Both the position numbers and the translations under genes were made by a program. Under the pieces are notes generated by a model, which was given only the letters and a program-made list of their open reading frames with translations, ran no database searches and was not told the DNA's origin. Below, piece by piece: positions 17,839 through 28,254 of a stretch of DNA of 52,422 nucleotides. This DNA comes from Gemmatimonadaceae bacterium (GTDB lineage Bacteria; Gemmatimonadota; Gemmatimonadetes; Gemmatimonadales; Gemmatimonadaceae): the NCBI GenBank assembly GCA_013817545.1, contig JACDCM010000001.1, positions 1-52,422 of the forward strand. The letters run 5' to 3'. The stretch's first letter is position 1, and each line of letters starts with the position of its first letter.

Positions 17839-18933
17839 TCACGTGGGCGCCATCATCGGAACGTGACGCTCTGGCTGCCGAGTCCCTCCAGCCTCCTTCT
17901 GCGACTCCCAACTTACCATTGACGGTGGCTGCTTGATGCACGCGACCCAGTGACCCGACGCTTTCTCCTCAAGTGGCGGAACAATCACTGAGCACGCAGC
18001 GTCTCTGGAGGGGTGATGACAGCGTGGGTGAAAAGGGCAACCAGGCGGCGGATTCGCGGGCGAGGGCACGTCGCCGCTCAGGACTATGCGGCGTCTCCGT
18101 GTCTTTGGATCGGGAATCGGAATCGCCGAGAGAAGCGCCTGCGTGTACGGCATCACAGGCTCACGGTAAAGATCCTCGCGCGAAGCAAGCTCTACGATCC
18201 TTCCGAGATACATGACCGCCACCCGGTCAGCGATGTGTTCGACGATCGAAAGGTCGTGTGCGATGAAGAGGTACGCGAGTCCGCGATCGCGCTGAAGGTC
18301 CTGCATGAGGTTGATGACTTGCGCTTGTACCGACACATCCAACGCGGAGACCGCCTCATCGCAAACGATGAAGCGCGGCTCCACACTCAACGCGCGGGCG
18401 ATTCCGATGCGCTGTCTCTGCCCGCCTGAGAATTCATGTGGGTAGCGCGACGCATATTCGGGGCGGAGACCGACTTCCTCGAGCAGCTTCCGCATGCGCG
18501 CGTCAGCGGCTGCGCCCTCTGCGATTGCGTGGATAATGAGCCCTTCTCGCACGGTGGCACCGACCGTCATGCGGGGATTCAGGCTCGAGAATGGGTCCTG
18601 AAAGACGATCTGCATCTGCCGGCGCATCGCTCGCATGGCGCCGGCATTGAGACTGAGAACGTTTATGCCATCAAAAGTGACGTCGCCCGAAGTAGGCTCG
18701 ACAAGCCGCAGTATCGCGCGACCAGCCGTTGTCTTTCCGCATCCCGACTCTCCTACGAGGCCGAGCGTCTCACCAGAAGCAATGTCGAATGAAATTCCGT
18801 CCACAGCGCGGAGGTTTCCCGCCACTCGTCTAAAAAGGCCGCTCTTGATGGGGAAATGCTTGGCGAGATTCCGGACGGACAAAAGAGGCTGAATGGAGGG
18901 CGGGGGGTGGGAGTTTGGGAGTGGTAGTGTCAT
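17839..18933 (-). CDS. Oligopeptide/dipeptide ABC transporter ATP-binding protein (OppF/DppF type)
   Basis: Walker [10 protein letters not shown], signature FSGGQRQR, Walker [13 protein letters not shown], and the C-terminal oligopeptide-type Cys/His segment CPFHPRCHH. Confidence 0.9.
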   Translation of the reverse strand: MTLPLPNSHPPPSIQPLLSVRNLAKHFPIKSGLFRRVAGNLRAVDGISFDIASGETLGLVGESGCGKTTAGRAILRLVEPTSGDVTFDGINVLSLNAGAMRAMRRQMQIVFQDPFSSLNPRMTVGATVREGLIIHAIAEGAAADARMRKLLEEVGLRPEYASRYPHEFSGGQRQRIGIARALSVEPRFIVCDEAVSALDVSVQAQVINLMQDLQRDRGLAYLFIAHDLSIVEHIADRVAVMYLGRIVELASREDLYREPVMPYTQALLSAIPIPDPKTRRRRIVLSGDVPSPANPPPGCPFHPRCHHPSRDAACSVIVPPLEEKASGHWVACIKQPPSMVSWESQKEAGGTRQPERHVPMMAPT

Positions 18934-19015
18934 TGCGAACCTTTCGACAACGCACTGGCACCAGCACCAACCTCGCTATTCGGCACTCCCCAACCCCTAT
19001 CTCCCACTCCCCGCC
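18895..19015. repeat. G-tract/C-tract inverted repeat embedded in the junction of the two ATPase genes
   Basis: GGAGGGCGGGGGGTGGGAGTTTGGGAGTGG (18895-18924) and CACTCCCCAACCCCTATCTCCCACTCCCCGCC (18985-19015). GGCGGGGGGTGGGAG matches the complement of CTCCCACTCCCCGCC at 14 of 15 positions. Confidence 0.8.
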
Positions 19016-19991
19016 TTTCTGGCTCCTCCGCCAAATGACACCTCGACACATGCCCCTCTCCAATCTGGTAGAGCGGAGGATGCTCGGTGGCGCAGCGCTC
19101 CCATGCATACGGACACCGCTCGCGAAACCGGCAGGCAGTTGGCCAGTGCGTCGGCGGGGGAACGGTTCCGGGAATGACAGCGAGTCGCTCCTTCGCGTGT
19201 CCCACCCTTGGCATTGCATTGAGAAGCCCTTCCGTGTAGGGATGGTGCGGAGCTGAAAAGAGGTTGTCCACGGATGCTTCTTCGACTACCTCTCCAGCGT
19301 ACATCACAATGACACGCGTGGCGACCTCCGCGATAACGCCGAGATCGTGGGTGATGAGCAGGATGGACATTCCGACGCGCCTCTGCAGATCGGCGAGCAG
19401 TTCGAGAATCTGCGCTTGAATCGTGACGTCGAGCGCGGTCGTTGGTTCGTCGGCAATGAGAAGCGCGGGATTCATCACAAGCGCCATCGCGATCATCACT
19501 CGCTGCCGCATTCCGCCCGAGAGCTGATGTGGATACGACTTGGCGCGTTCCTCGGGATCGCCGATACCAGTGAGACGCATCATCTCTACAGCTTTCGCCC
19601 ACGCGTCCCGCCGTGATGCGCGCGCATGAATGCGCGCGACCTCTGCGATCTGATCACCCACGGTGAATACGGGGTTGAGCGCCGACATCGGCTCCTGGAA
19701 GATCATCGAGACACGGTTGCCGCGAATGCGACGCATCTCACCTTCGTTGAGCGAAAGGAGATCGCGTCCCTCGAGCTCGATTCTGCTCCCCGCCTCAATG
19801 CGCCCGGGCCGCGCGATGAGTCTCAGAATGGAAAGTGACGTGACGGACTTTCCGCATCCCGACTCTCCGACGATACCCACTGTCTCCCGCTCATTGACCA
19901 CGAACGACACACCATCTACCGCGCGCGCGACGCCGGCGTCGGTGTGGAAGTAGGTGCGAAGATCGGAGACTGACAGGAGGGAGCTCGTCAT
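18930..19991 (-). CDS. Oligopeptide/dipeptide ABC transporter ATP-binding protein (OppD/DppD type)
   Basis: The start was chosen at [15 protein letters not shown], giving an ATGA overlap with the upstream permease stop. Walker A GESGCGKS, signature LSGGMRQR, Walker [13 protein letters not shown]. The longer ORF to 20276 is rejected. Confidence 0.9.
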   Translation of the reverse strand: MTSSLLSVSDLRTYFHTDAGVARAVDGVSFVVNERETVGIVGESGCGKSVTSLSILRLIARPGRIEAGSRIELEGRDLLSLNEGEMRRIRGNRVSMIFQEPMSALNPVFTVGDQIAEVARIHARASRRDAWAKAVEMMRLTGIGDPEERAKSYPHQLSGGMRQRVMIAMALVMNPALLIADEPTTALDVTIQAQILELLADLQRRVGMSILLITHDLGVIAEVATRVIVMYAGEVVEEASVDNLFSAPHHPYTEGLLNAMPRVGHAKERLAVIPGTVPPPTHWPTACRFRERCPYAWERCATEHPPLYQIGEGHVSRCHLAEEPERRGVGDRGWGVPNSEVGAGASALSKGSQ

Positions 19992-20932
19992 TGCGACGGA
20001 AGCTGACGGGGGTCGAGGGCATCGCGCAAGCCATCGCCGACGATGTTGAACGCCATCACCGTCAAAACTATCATGAGACCGGGAAAGACCGACAGCCACC
20101 AGAACATAGCCACCGAGCCCGACCCGTCCTGCATGATATTGCCCCAGCTTGCGGTCGGCTGCTGAACCCCCATACCGAGGTATGAGAGCCCCGCCTCGAG
20201 AATGATGAGGTTCCCGATCCCAAGAGTCGCGGCGACGATCACGGGGGAAAGCGTATTGGGGAGGATGTGGCGCCAAAGAATACGCGTGTTACGCACACCC
20301 AGCCCTCGCGCCGCCAGTGCCCACTCTTCATCGCGTAGCACCATTACCTGCGCGCGCACGATGCGGCTTACGCCAAACCATCCAGTGAGCCCCAGAACCA
20401 GCACGAGCGTTGTAAGCGAGACGTGTCCCCACAGCGCAAGAATCGCAAGCAGCAGCAGCACGCGGGGAATCGACAAAGCGGCGTCAATGGCGCGCATCAT
20501 TACACCGTCCAGGTTGCCGCCGTAATAACCAGCGATAGCTCCGTAAGTCGTGCCGAGCGTGACGGAGACAGTCACGGCAAGGAGCGCAATGCCGAGCGAA
20601 ACGCGCGTACCATGAATGACCCTGCTGAACACGTCGCGACTGAAGGGATCGGTGCCAAAGGGAAATGCGGACGATGGTGGAAGGCTGTTGAGCACCGCGA
20701 TATCGAGCAGCTCGGTTGGCGCATGCGGTGCAAGCCATGGTGCAAGGATGGCAAAGGACGCAAGCACGCATATCAGCCAGAGGCCAGCGAGCGCGCTCCG
20801 ATCGCGCGCGAGACGTCCAAGCGCGAATGCCCATGGCGACTCGTGCAGCGAGCGAAGCTCGCGTGACCTGGCGATAACCAATACGGTCGCCGCGGGAAGA
20901 ACGATTACGAGAAACCAAGCCACAACGCGCAT
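19988..20932 (-). CDS. Oligopeptide/dipeptide ABC transporter permease (OppC/DppC type)
   Basis: Multi-TM protein with the binding-protein-dependent transport EAA-type loop region (ARGLGVRNTRILWRHILPN). Confidence 0.9.
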   Translation of the reverse strand: MRVVAWFLVIVLPAATVLVIARSRELRSLHESPWAFALGRLARDRSALAGLWLICVLASFAILAPWLAPHAPTELLDIAVLNSLPPSSAFPFGTDPFSRDVFSRVIHGTRVSLGIALLAVTVSVTLGTTYGAIAGYYGGNLDGVMMRAIDAALSIPRVLLLLAILALWGHVSLTTLVLVLGLTGWFGVSRIVRAQVMVLRDEEWALAARGLGVRNTRILWRHILPNTLSPVIVAATLGIGNLIILEAGLSYLGMGVQQPTASWGNIMQDGSGSVAMFWWLSVFPGLMIVLTVMAFNIVGDGLRDALDPRQLPSQ

Positions 20933-20934
20933 GT

Positions 20935-21906
20935 CTAACTTCGGCGCAAACGGGGATCGGCAATGGCGTAAAGAATGTCCGCCAGCAGGTTGCCCGCGCT
21001 CACGAGCATGCTTCCAACTATAACTACAGCCATCACCAGCGGATAATCACGCGTTAGAATCGCATCCGCGGCGAGTCGCCCCATTCCTGGCCACGAAAAA
21101 ATTCTCTCAATGAATACGCTGCCTCCCAGGAGCAGCGGGAAAGCGAGGCCCAAGAGCGTGATCGTCGGAAGGAGCGCGTTACGAAAGATGTGCTTGATAG
21201 TGACGCGGTGCTCCGACGCTCCCTTCGCGCGCGCAGTACGAACGAAATCCTGTCGAGCGACATCGATCATTGCCGCGCGCTGGTAGCGAGCAACCGCGGC
21301 CGAGACGAGAAGAGTAAACGACGCCACCGGAAGGACGAGGTGGAGCGCCCGGTCCTGCATACGTCTTGCAAAAGGCCAGTATTCGTACATCAGCGGATCC
21401 GTCATGCCCCCCGCTGGCAGCACTCCAAGCCACACCGAGAATACGAGTAGCATGACCAGGGCGAGCCAGAAATCCGGCATTGAGTAGAAAAAAAGAGAAA
21501 CTCCGCCCAGCACTCTATCCAGCGCGGTGCCGTGCGCGCGAGCCTGCAGCACACCCAGAACGATACCGATAATGAAGCTCGCGCTTAGAGCCATGCCCAT
21601 AAGCAGCAACGTATTCGGGATCGCATCGGCCAGTGCGGCGCTAACCGGTCGATGCTGCGAAAACGAATGACCAAAGTTGCCGCTAGCTATGTTGGCCATA
21701 TACCGGACGTACTGCTCAGGAATTGGCCGGTCGAGAGCATACTCCGCTCGCCATTGAGCCTGGATCTCTGGCGTGACACGAGAGTTCTCGGCGGCCCCGG
21801 AAAAGGGGTCGCCGGGTGCGAGATGGATCAGGACGAAAGTGAAGGTCGCCGCGAGGAATACCACGGCGACCGACGCCAGCAACCGGCGCGCAATATGGCG
21901 CCACAC
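20935..21906 (-). CDS. Oligopeptide/dipeptide ABC transporter permease (OppB/DppB type)
   Basis: The N-terminus MWRHIARRLL...LIHLAPGDPF is typical of OppB/DppB. The EAA loop is FVRTARAKGASEHRVTIKHIFRNALLP. Confidence 0.9.
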   Translation of the reverse strand: MWRHIARRLLASVAVVFLAATFTFVLIHLAPGDPFSGAAENSRVTPEIQAQWRAEYALDRPIPEQYVRYMANIASGNFGHSFSQHRPVSAALADAIPNTLLLMGMALSASFIIGIVLGVLQARAHGTALDRVLGGVSLFFYSMPDFWLALVMLLVFSVWLGVLPAGGMTDPLMYEYWPFARRMQDRALHLVLPVASFTLLVSAAVARYQRAAMIDVARQDFVRTARAKGASEHRVTIKHIFRNALLPTITLLGLAFPLLLGGSVFIERIFSWPGMGRLAADAILTRDYPLVMAVVIVGSMLVSAGNLLADILYAIADPRLRRS

Positions 21907-21911
21907 GTTAA

Positions 21912-23621
21912 CTACCGGGCGACCGGCCGCAGTCCGATACTGTCGCGAGCTATGCGCTGATCAGCGCGAATGGACCAGTCCGCAATTCCCGCCCACCATG
22001 CGTCAGCGCGAATGCCTACCGGCTGGATTCGGCGATCAATTCCCGCAACGCTGACCAGTTCGTACAGCCAGATTGCCGGTACATCCTTCATCATCATTTC
22101 GTGCGCCTGCCGGTAGAAGCGCCGAGCGTTAACCGGATTCATCTGCGCCGATGCGCTGTCTATCAGCGCATCGAATGCGGAGTTCGCGTAGCGGCCAAAG
22201 TTGCGTGATTTGGGATTGCGCGCCGACTCTGCGCTCCACGACTGCCGTATGCTGGCCGGACTCGGGTCGAGATGCGCGGCATTCATGCCGGCATCAAATT
22301 TTCCGCTCTGCATGCCTTCCATCCAGGTGGTCATTTCGTTGTTACTGAGTTCCACCTGCGCCCCCACCTGCTTGAACATGTTCTGCAGCAGCACTGCCAT
22401 GCGCACGCGATTGCTGCTGGACGAAGGCGCGCCAATGGTAAAGCTCAACAGCTTCCCATTTTTCTCCCGCACGCCGTCGTTGTTCGAATCCTTCCAGCCG
22501 AGCGAGTCGAGTAGCCGCCGGGCGCCATCAGGGTCGTATGCAATTGGTGTAATTGTTGTGTCTGCGAGCCCTTGCGAGCGTACCATTGGGCCCTTGGACA
22601 CCAGCCCGAGAGAGTCGAAGATGTTTTCCACGGCGCCTTTCCGATCAACCGCCATTGTCAGAGCGCGGCGCACACCAGCGTCGCCAAAAATGGGATGCGG
22701 CCGGTTGCGGTTGTTCTGATCACGCAAGTTGAAGTGCAGATAGGCGTGATCCAGGGACGGCGAGGTCAAAGTCCGAAGCCGGGGATATTTCGCCATCTCG
22801 GCGATCTTGTCACCAGCGAGGTATTCGATGTAATCCGCCTCGCCGGCAAAAAGCTTGGCCGCTGACGCATTGTAATCGGGCGAGATAGTCCAGATCAGAC
22901 GATCGAGCTTGGCGCGCCCTCTATGATGTGCAGTGTCAGCCACCAGCTCCACGAGCGAACCCGGCACCCAGCGCACGAAACGGAATCGGCCGCTACCAAC
23001 GGGGCTTCGAATGAGCTCGGATTTGCGTAACTCGGACAGCTTGACTCCCGACAGGATGTGCTCAGGGAGAATGCGCATTTGATACGCCGCATCAAAGAAC
23101 TGTTCAGGATAACGCTTCTTGTACCAGAAGACGGCCGTCATCGAGTCGCGCGCGGTGACGGAATCCATTTGCGATAGCAGCGGTGCATCGGCAGACGCAG
23201 TCGCCGGATCGGATGTAAGATCGTAGGTGAAGACAACGTCACGTGCCGTTACCGGGCGACCGTCATGCCAGCGCGCCCGTGGATGCACTGCGAATGCAAT
23301 CGACAGAGAATCCGTGCTCCAGGTCCACTTTTCCGCAAGCTCGCCCGTGAAGCCATCGTCACCAACCGTGTTGAGGGCGGGGCCTGGTTCCGCCAGTCGC
23401 TCGTACACGATATCGGCGATCTGATTTCCCTGTACCGTGCCGACGAACGGCGGCAGCAGGAAATCGGCGTCCGCGCCAACCGTAATGACCATCGTTCCGC
23501 CGGCGGTTTCTGCCGCACTGCCTGCGGCCGGGCCTTGCCGGTTCGTATCGTCGCCCTGGCATCCGAGTGCTATCAGCGCCAAAAATGCCGGAAGCAGCCT
23601 GTTTGATTGGTATGAGCTCAT
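21912..23621 (-). CDS. ABC transporter substrate-binding lipoprotein, family 5 (OppA/DppA type)
   Basis: The start was chosen at MSSYQSNRLLPAFLALIALGC (lipobox LGC). The body is typical of family 5 SBPs. It is the first gene of the five-gene operon. Confidence 0.88.
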   Translation of the reverse strand: MSSYQSNRLLPAFLALIALGCQGDDTNRQGPAAGSAAETAGGTMVITVGADADFLLPPFVGTVQGNQIADIVYERLAEPGPALNTVGDDGFTGELAEKWTWSTDSLSIAFAVHPRARWHDGRPVTARDVVFTYDLTSDPATASADAPLLSQMDSVTARDSMTAVFWYKKRYPEQFFDAAYQMRILPEHILSGVKLSELRKSELIRSPVGSGRFRFVRWVPGSLVELVADTAHHRGRAKLDRLIWTISPDYNASAAKLFAGEADYIEYLAGDKIAEMAKYPRLRTLTSPSLDHAYLHFNLRDQNNRNRPHPIFGDAGVRRALTMAVDRKGAVENIFDSLGLVSKGPMVRSQGLADTTITPIAYDPDGARRLLDSLGWKDSNNDGVREKNGKLLSFTIGAPSSSSNRVRMAVLLQNMFKQVGAQVELSNNEMTTWMEGMQSGKFDAGMNAAHLDPSPASIRQSWSAESARNPKSRNFGRYANSAFDALIDSASAQMNPVNARRFYRQAHEMMMKDVPAIWLYELVSVAGIDRRIQPVGIRADAWWAGIADWSIRADQRIARDSIGLRPVAR

Positions 23622-23680
23622 GGTCCAATTGACAGTGCAAGTGGCGTGCGCCATTCCGGGGCGCTCCAAAAGAAAAGAAA

Positions 23681-24469
23681 TCAGCGCCGCCACGTCCAGT
23701 CACTGTTCTCGTACTTCAGCTGTAGTTCAGACGCTGTTTTCGTGAGCGGTGCGTCGATTTCCAGGGGACAAACGGCTCGCGCGGTTAATGCTACAAGAGC
23801 CGCTACCATCGCCTCCGCCAGCTCGGTAGCTGCAGGCACTCGGCCAAGCTGTTCCCGCAGGGTCGCCGGCTTGTTAGCCAACGCCGCAGGAAACAGGACA
23901 AGCTGAGCTGCCAGATCCTGATCGTCCTCGATGAGGATTGAGCCGTGCTGAAGTAAAGCGCCCCCCTCTTGAATCTGAGCACTACCGACGAGCTTGCGCC
24001 CTCCAGCAACGATTTCGCCCTGCGCGGCGACGTCGAAGCAGGGGAGCGTGTCTGGTGCGGGGGTGCGTCCGGCTGGCTTTGCTATTCTGACTGCTACACC
24101 AATGTGCGTGAGAGCGTGTACCAGGATTCTGTTGAGTGCTCCGTAGGATCCGCGCAGATCCCCGATTCCCTCAACTGGTGCGGTGAAGCTGTAAGTGATT
24201 TCGCGGTGATGCAACACTGCTCGTCCGCCGGTCGGCCGGCGCACGATGTCGATGCCCAGCTCACGCGCCCGACCGAGGTCATACTTACCGCGCGCAGTCT
24301 GATTTCGCCCAAGCGACAGAGTTGGCCGCGCCCATTCATACACGCGCACAAAGCACTCGCGTCGCTCCCTCGCGCGGTGCATTAGAGCCTCATCCAGCCC
24401 CATATTCCCAGCGCCAGACAGGGGAGGAGTGAGCAACCACCGCCAGGGAAGGTCAAACCCTGCGGTCAT
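23681..24469 (-). CDS. Lipoate-protein ligase / octanoyltransferase family protein (BPL_LplA_LipB domain; LplA/LipM/LipL-like)
   Basis: WRWLLTPPLSGAGNMGLDEALM, PTLSLGRNQ, RRPTGGRAVLHH and GRKLVGSAQ (conserved Lys). The start is either 24469 (MTAGFDLPWRW) or 24511. Confidence 0.8.
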   Translation of the reverse strand: MTAGFDLPWRWLLTPPLSGAGNMGLDEALMHRARERRECFVRVYEWARPTLSLGRNQTARGKYDLGRARELGIDIVRRPTGGRAVLHHREITYSFTAPVEGIGDLRGSYGALNRILVHALTHIGVAVRIAKPAGRTPAPDTLPCFDVAAQGEIVAGGRKLVGSAQIQEGGALLQHGSILIEDDQDLAAQLVLFPAALANKPATLREQLGRVPAATELAEAMVAALVALTARAVCPLEIDAPLTKTASELQLKYENSDWTWRR

Positions 24470-24754
24470 CTGCAGCAACGATAGTTTCCGCCATTGGGGG
24501 CAAGGTAGCAAAGGCTACAGCCTGATTTGACAACTGCATCGGTCCTGATGAATCGCCGGCCGGCGGGCCAGGACATGCCAGGCTGGCGTCGGACGCCTTA
24601 GTATTCCTCGCGGCGACCTTCACGTTCATCCTTACTCATCTCTCACCAGGCGCTCGCAGCTTCGTTCCGGCATGCCGTCGCTCGCATTAACTTTGAGACA
24701 CCACAATGCACGGCCCGTCCCAGTCGCGCCCTTCAGGGGGCGCCGAGAGATAAT

Positions 24755-27661
24755 ATGACCGCACCTGCCACCGCTTCGCACCCGCACACTCGAGCCGCCA
24801 CGCAGAGCTTCGTGCCGCGTCACATCGGGCCCAACGAAGAAGCCATCAGTGAAATGCTCGACACGCTGGGATACGCTTCGCTAGCTGACTTCATCGACGC
24901 TACGGTACCTGAAAAGATCCGCCTGCGGCGTCCACTGGCAATCGCGGAAGGATTGAGTGAATACGAGGCGCTCGCCGCGCTCCGCAAAATCGCTTCCAGA
25001 AATCATATCACCCGCTCCTATCTCGGAATGGGATATAATGACTGTATTACGCCGCCGGTAATTCAGCGCAATATCCTTGAGAATCCTGGGTGGTACACGG
25101 CTTACACGCCGTACCAGGCTGAGATCGCGCAAGGACGCCTGGAAGCGCTTCTCAATTTCCAGACGATGGTGATAGACCTGACGGCGCTCCCGATCGCGAA
25201 TGCTTCGCTGCTGGACGAGGGCACGGCTGCAGCCGAAGCTGTCGCGATGAGTTATAGCAGCAAGGGGAAAGCGGGGAAGGAGGTCTTCTTCGTTTCGCGG
25301 GACTGTCATCCGCAGACGATCGAAGTCGTGCGCACACGAGCCGAAGCGCGGGGGTTCCGAATCGTGCTTGGGGATTGCAGTGATTTCACCCCCGGACCCG
25401 AGCTGTTTGGTGCGCTGATTCAGTATCCGGCGACCGACGGCGGAATTCATGATTATCGCGAATTCTGCGAGCGCATTCACGCGGCGGACGCGATTGTGAC
25501 GGTGGCGTCTGATCTGCTGAGTTTGACTCTGCTGACACCGCCGGGCGAGTGGGGCGCCGATGTCGTGGTCGGAAATACACAGCGTTTCGGAGTACCGCTC
25601 GGGTTCGGCGGGCCTCACGCCGCTTTCTTTGCTACGCGGGACGAGTTCAAGCGACAGCTACCCGGCAGAATCATCGGTGTGTCGCGAGACGCGGATGGCA
25701 GGCCGGCATTGCGCATGGCCCTCCAGACCCGTGAGCAGCACATCCGCCGAGAGAAGGCCACGAGCAACGTCTGCACAGCTCAGGTCCTTCTCGCGGTTAT
25801 CGCCAGCATGTACGCCGTCTGGCACGGACCGGACGGACTCAAGCGCATCGCCTCGCGCGTAAGGCGTCTCACGGCGATGCTCGCGTCCGCGCTGGAAGGC
25901 TCGGGTTACGAGCTGGTGCACGAGGTGTACTTCGACACGCTCCGCGTCAGACTAGGGCGTCAATCGCTGGATGCGCTGCTTGCACGCGCGCTGGACCGGC
26001 GCATCAACTTGCGGCCCTTTGACGACGGCTCGGTGGGAATCTCGCTCGACGAGACGGTGACGGAGAATGACGTCGCTGCACTCCTCGCAATATTTCGCGA
26101 CGAGAAGACTGAAGCAAACGACCAGATGCTGGAAGGAGCGGATGTGGATGATCTCCGATACGATGCACCCTTCGAGCGCACCAGCCCGTACCTGCTGCAC
26201 CCCGTTTTCAGCTCGCATCACTCCGAGACGGAGATGCTCCGATATCTCCGGCTGCTCGAGTCGCGCGATCTCTCGCTGGTGCACTCCATGATTCCACTTG
26301 GTTCATGCACGATGAAGCTCAACGCGACGGCGGAGATGCTGCCGGTGACTTGGCCCGAGTTCGGGAAAATGCACCCATTCGCTCCTTCCGAGCAGACGGC
26401 GGGATACCGGGAAATGTTCGAGCGGCTCGAGGCTGATTTGGCTGAAATCACGGGCTTTGCCGCTGTGTCGCTACAGCCGAATGCGGGCTCGCAGGGCGAG
26501 TATGCGGGTCTGCTTGTCATCAGGAAGTACCACGAGTCGCGCGGGGACTCACACCGTACGATTTGCCTCATACCGCAGTCAGCACACGGAACGAATCCCG
26601 CCAGCGCCATCATGGCCGGCATGAAGGTTCTGGTCGTCAAGACAGATGAGCGCGGCCATATGGATATGGCTGATCTCAAGACGAAAGCCGAAGCACACCG
26701 GAATGACCTGGCTGCGCTCATGGTGACGTATCCGTCGACCCATGGCGTCTTTGAGGAGGAGATCCGCGACGTTTGCAGCGTCGTGCATTCTCATGGCGGC
26801 CAGGTGTACATGGACGGCGCGAACATGAACGCGATGGTCGGTGTGGCACGGCCTGGCGACATCGGCGCCGATGTCTGCCATCTCAATCTGCACAAGACGT
26901 TTTGCATCCCGCATGGCGGCGGCGGTCCAGGCATGGGACCCATCGGCGTTGCCGAACATCTGGCACCTTTTCTTCCGGGGCATCCTGTCGTTTCACTTGG
27001 CCGCGACAACGCAGTGGGAGCTGTGTCAGCGGCGCCCTGGGGAAGCGCGAGCATCCTTCCAATCTCCTACATGTACATCTCGATGATGGGAGGCGAAGGG
27101 CTCACGCGCGCGACGGAGGTTGCAATCCTCAACGCCAATTACATCGCAAAGCGGCTGGAGGAACACTACCCGGTTTTGTATAAGGGTCAGAACGGGCTGG
27201 TTGCGCACGAGTGCATTATTGACCCGCGCCCACTGCGGTCTTCGGCCGGCATCGAAGTCGAGGACATCGCGAAACGCCTGATGGACTACGGATTCCACGC
27301 TCCAACGGTCTCATTCCCGGTCGCGGGTACACTCATGATCGAGCCGACCGAGAGCGAAAGCAAAGCGGAGCTGGACCGCTTCTGCGAAGCGATGATTTCC
27401 ATACGAGAAGAGATCCACGCGATCGAGCTCGGGATCAGCGATCGGCAGGACAACGCTCTCAAACATGCGCCCCACACACTCCGCCGCGTTACAGCCAACG
27501 AGTGGTCGCACTCCTACACGCGCGAACAAGCTGCGTTTCCCGCCCCATGGACACGCGACCGCAAGTTTTGGCCGTCAGTTGCCCGCATCGAGAGCGCGTA
27601 CGGCGATCGGAACCTGGTGTGCTCCTGCTTGCCAGCGGATGCGTATGTGGAGGCGGAGTAA
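24755..27661 (+). CDS. gcvP: Glycine dehydrogenase (decarboxylating), single-chain P protein of the glycine cleavage system
   Basis: The 968 aa protein contains [28 protein letters not shown] and the PLP-lysine motif [16 protein letters not shown]. Confidence 0.97.
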   Translation: MTAPATASHPHTRAATQSFVPRHIGPNEEAISEMLDTLGYASLADFIDATVPEKIRLRRPLAIAEGLSEYEALAALRKIASRNHITRSYLGMGYNDCITPPVIQRNILENPGWYTAYTPYQAEIAQGRLEALLNFQTMVIDLTALPIANASLLDEGTAAAEAVAMSYSSKGKAGKEVFFVSRDCHPQTIEVVRTRAEARGFRIVLGDCSDFTPGPELFGALIQYPATDGGIHDYREFCERIHAADAIVTVASDLLSLTLLTPPGEWGADVVVGNTQRFGVPLGFGGPHAAFFATRDEFKRQLPGRIIGVSRDADGRPALRMALQTREQHIRREKATSNVCTAQVLLAVIASMYAVWHGPDGLKRIASRVRRLTAMLASALEGSGYELVHEVYFDTLRVRLGRQSLDALLARALDRRINLRPFDDGSVGISLDETVTENDVAALLAIFRDEKTEANDQMLEGADVDDLRYDAPFERTSPYLLHPVFSSHHSETEMLRYLRLLESRDLSLVHSMIPLGSCTMKLNATAEMLPVTWPEFGKMHPFAPSEQTAGYREMFERLEADLAEITGFAAVSLQPNAGSQGEYAGLLVIRKYHESRGDSHRTICLIPQSAHGTNPASAIMAGMKVLVVKTDERGHMDMADLKTKAEAHRNDLAALMVTYPSTHGVFEEEIRDVCSVVHSHGGQVYMDGANMNAMVGVARPGDIGADVCHLNLHKTFCIPHGGGGPGMGPIGVAEHLAPFLPGHPVVSLGRDNAVGAVSAAPWGSASILPISYMYISMMGGEGLTRATEVAILNANYIAKRLEEHYPVLYKGQNGLVAHECIIDPRPLRSSAGIEVEDIAKRLMDYGFHAPTVSFPVAGTLMIEPTESESKAELDRFCEAMISIREEIHAIELGISDRQDNALKHAPHTLRRVTANEWSHSYTREQAAFPAPWTRDRKFWPSVARIESAYGDRNLVCSCLPADAYVEAE

Positions 27662-27666
27662 GGGCT

Positions 27667-27808
27667 GGATTGCGGACTGCCGATTGCGGACAACGACCCT
27701 GAGGTCCGTGGTGCCGGACTTGGCGCTCCACCATAATTGCCGCGAGGCAGGCGAATTTCTCACCTCAGTTTGATTCGCAATCCAATCCGCAATCCGCAAT
27801 CGGTTGTC
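27667..27808. repeat. GGATTGCGG-type inverted repeat pair between convergent gcvP and gcvH
   Basis: The left arm is GGATTGCGGACTGCCGATTGCGGACAACG (27667-27695). The right arm is GATTCGCAATCCAATCCGCAATCCGCAATCGGTTGTC (27772-27808). CCGATTGCGG and CCGCAATCGG are complementary. Confidence 0.85.
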
Positions 27809-28198
27809 TCACTCCCCGATGTGCGCCCGATACTTCTTCGCTGAGAGCAGCTTGGCCTCTTCGCTCGCATCCTTGACGCGGAGCTTTATCATCCAGCCGG
27901 CTCCATAAGGATCGCTGTTCACGAGGCTCGGCTCCTTATCCAGACGCTCGTTCACTTCGACGATTTCGCCCGACAGAGGGCAGAACAGCTCGGATACAGC
28001 CTTCACGGCTTCAATGGTGCCGAATACATCCATTCTTCCGTAGCTGGATCCCACTTTAGGCAGCTCGACGTAAACGACATCTCCGAGTTCGCCCTGCGCA
28101 TAATCAGTCACCCCAATTTGCACCACGTCGGACGCGTCTGATTTCTTGATGTATTCATGTTCTTCGGTGTAGTGAAGACCGTCTGGTATCTGGGCCAC
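27809..28198 (-). CDS. gcvH: Glycine cleavage system H protein (lipoyl carrier)
   Basis: Lipoyl-lysine motif IEAVKAVSELFCPLSGEIVEVN in a 129 aa protein. Confidence 0.95.
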   Translation of the reverse strand: MAQIPDGLHYTEEHEYIKKSDASDVVQIGVTDYAQGELGDVVYVELPKVGSSYGRMDVFGTIEAVKAVSELFCPLSGEIVEVNERLDKEPSLVNSDPYGAGWMIKLRVKDASEEAKLLSAKKYRAHIGE

Positions 28199-28254
28199 TC
28201 GCCGCTCCTGGCGTTAAGGAAGGCGCCTGGAAAGCGGGCGCCTGAGAGAAGCTG

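Noticed and set aside
24512-24754. Possible glycine riboswitch in the 240-nt leader upstream of gcvP
   Set aside because: I looked on the plus strand for the hallmark GGAGAG ... ACCGAAGGGGCAA ... CUCUCAGGCAAAAGGAC elements and found none. The only faint echo is CTCTCACCAGGCG. A cmscan would be the decisive test, but by eye the consensus is absent.
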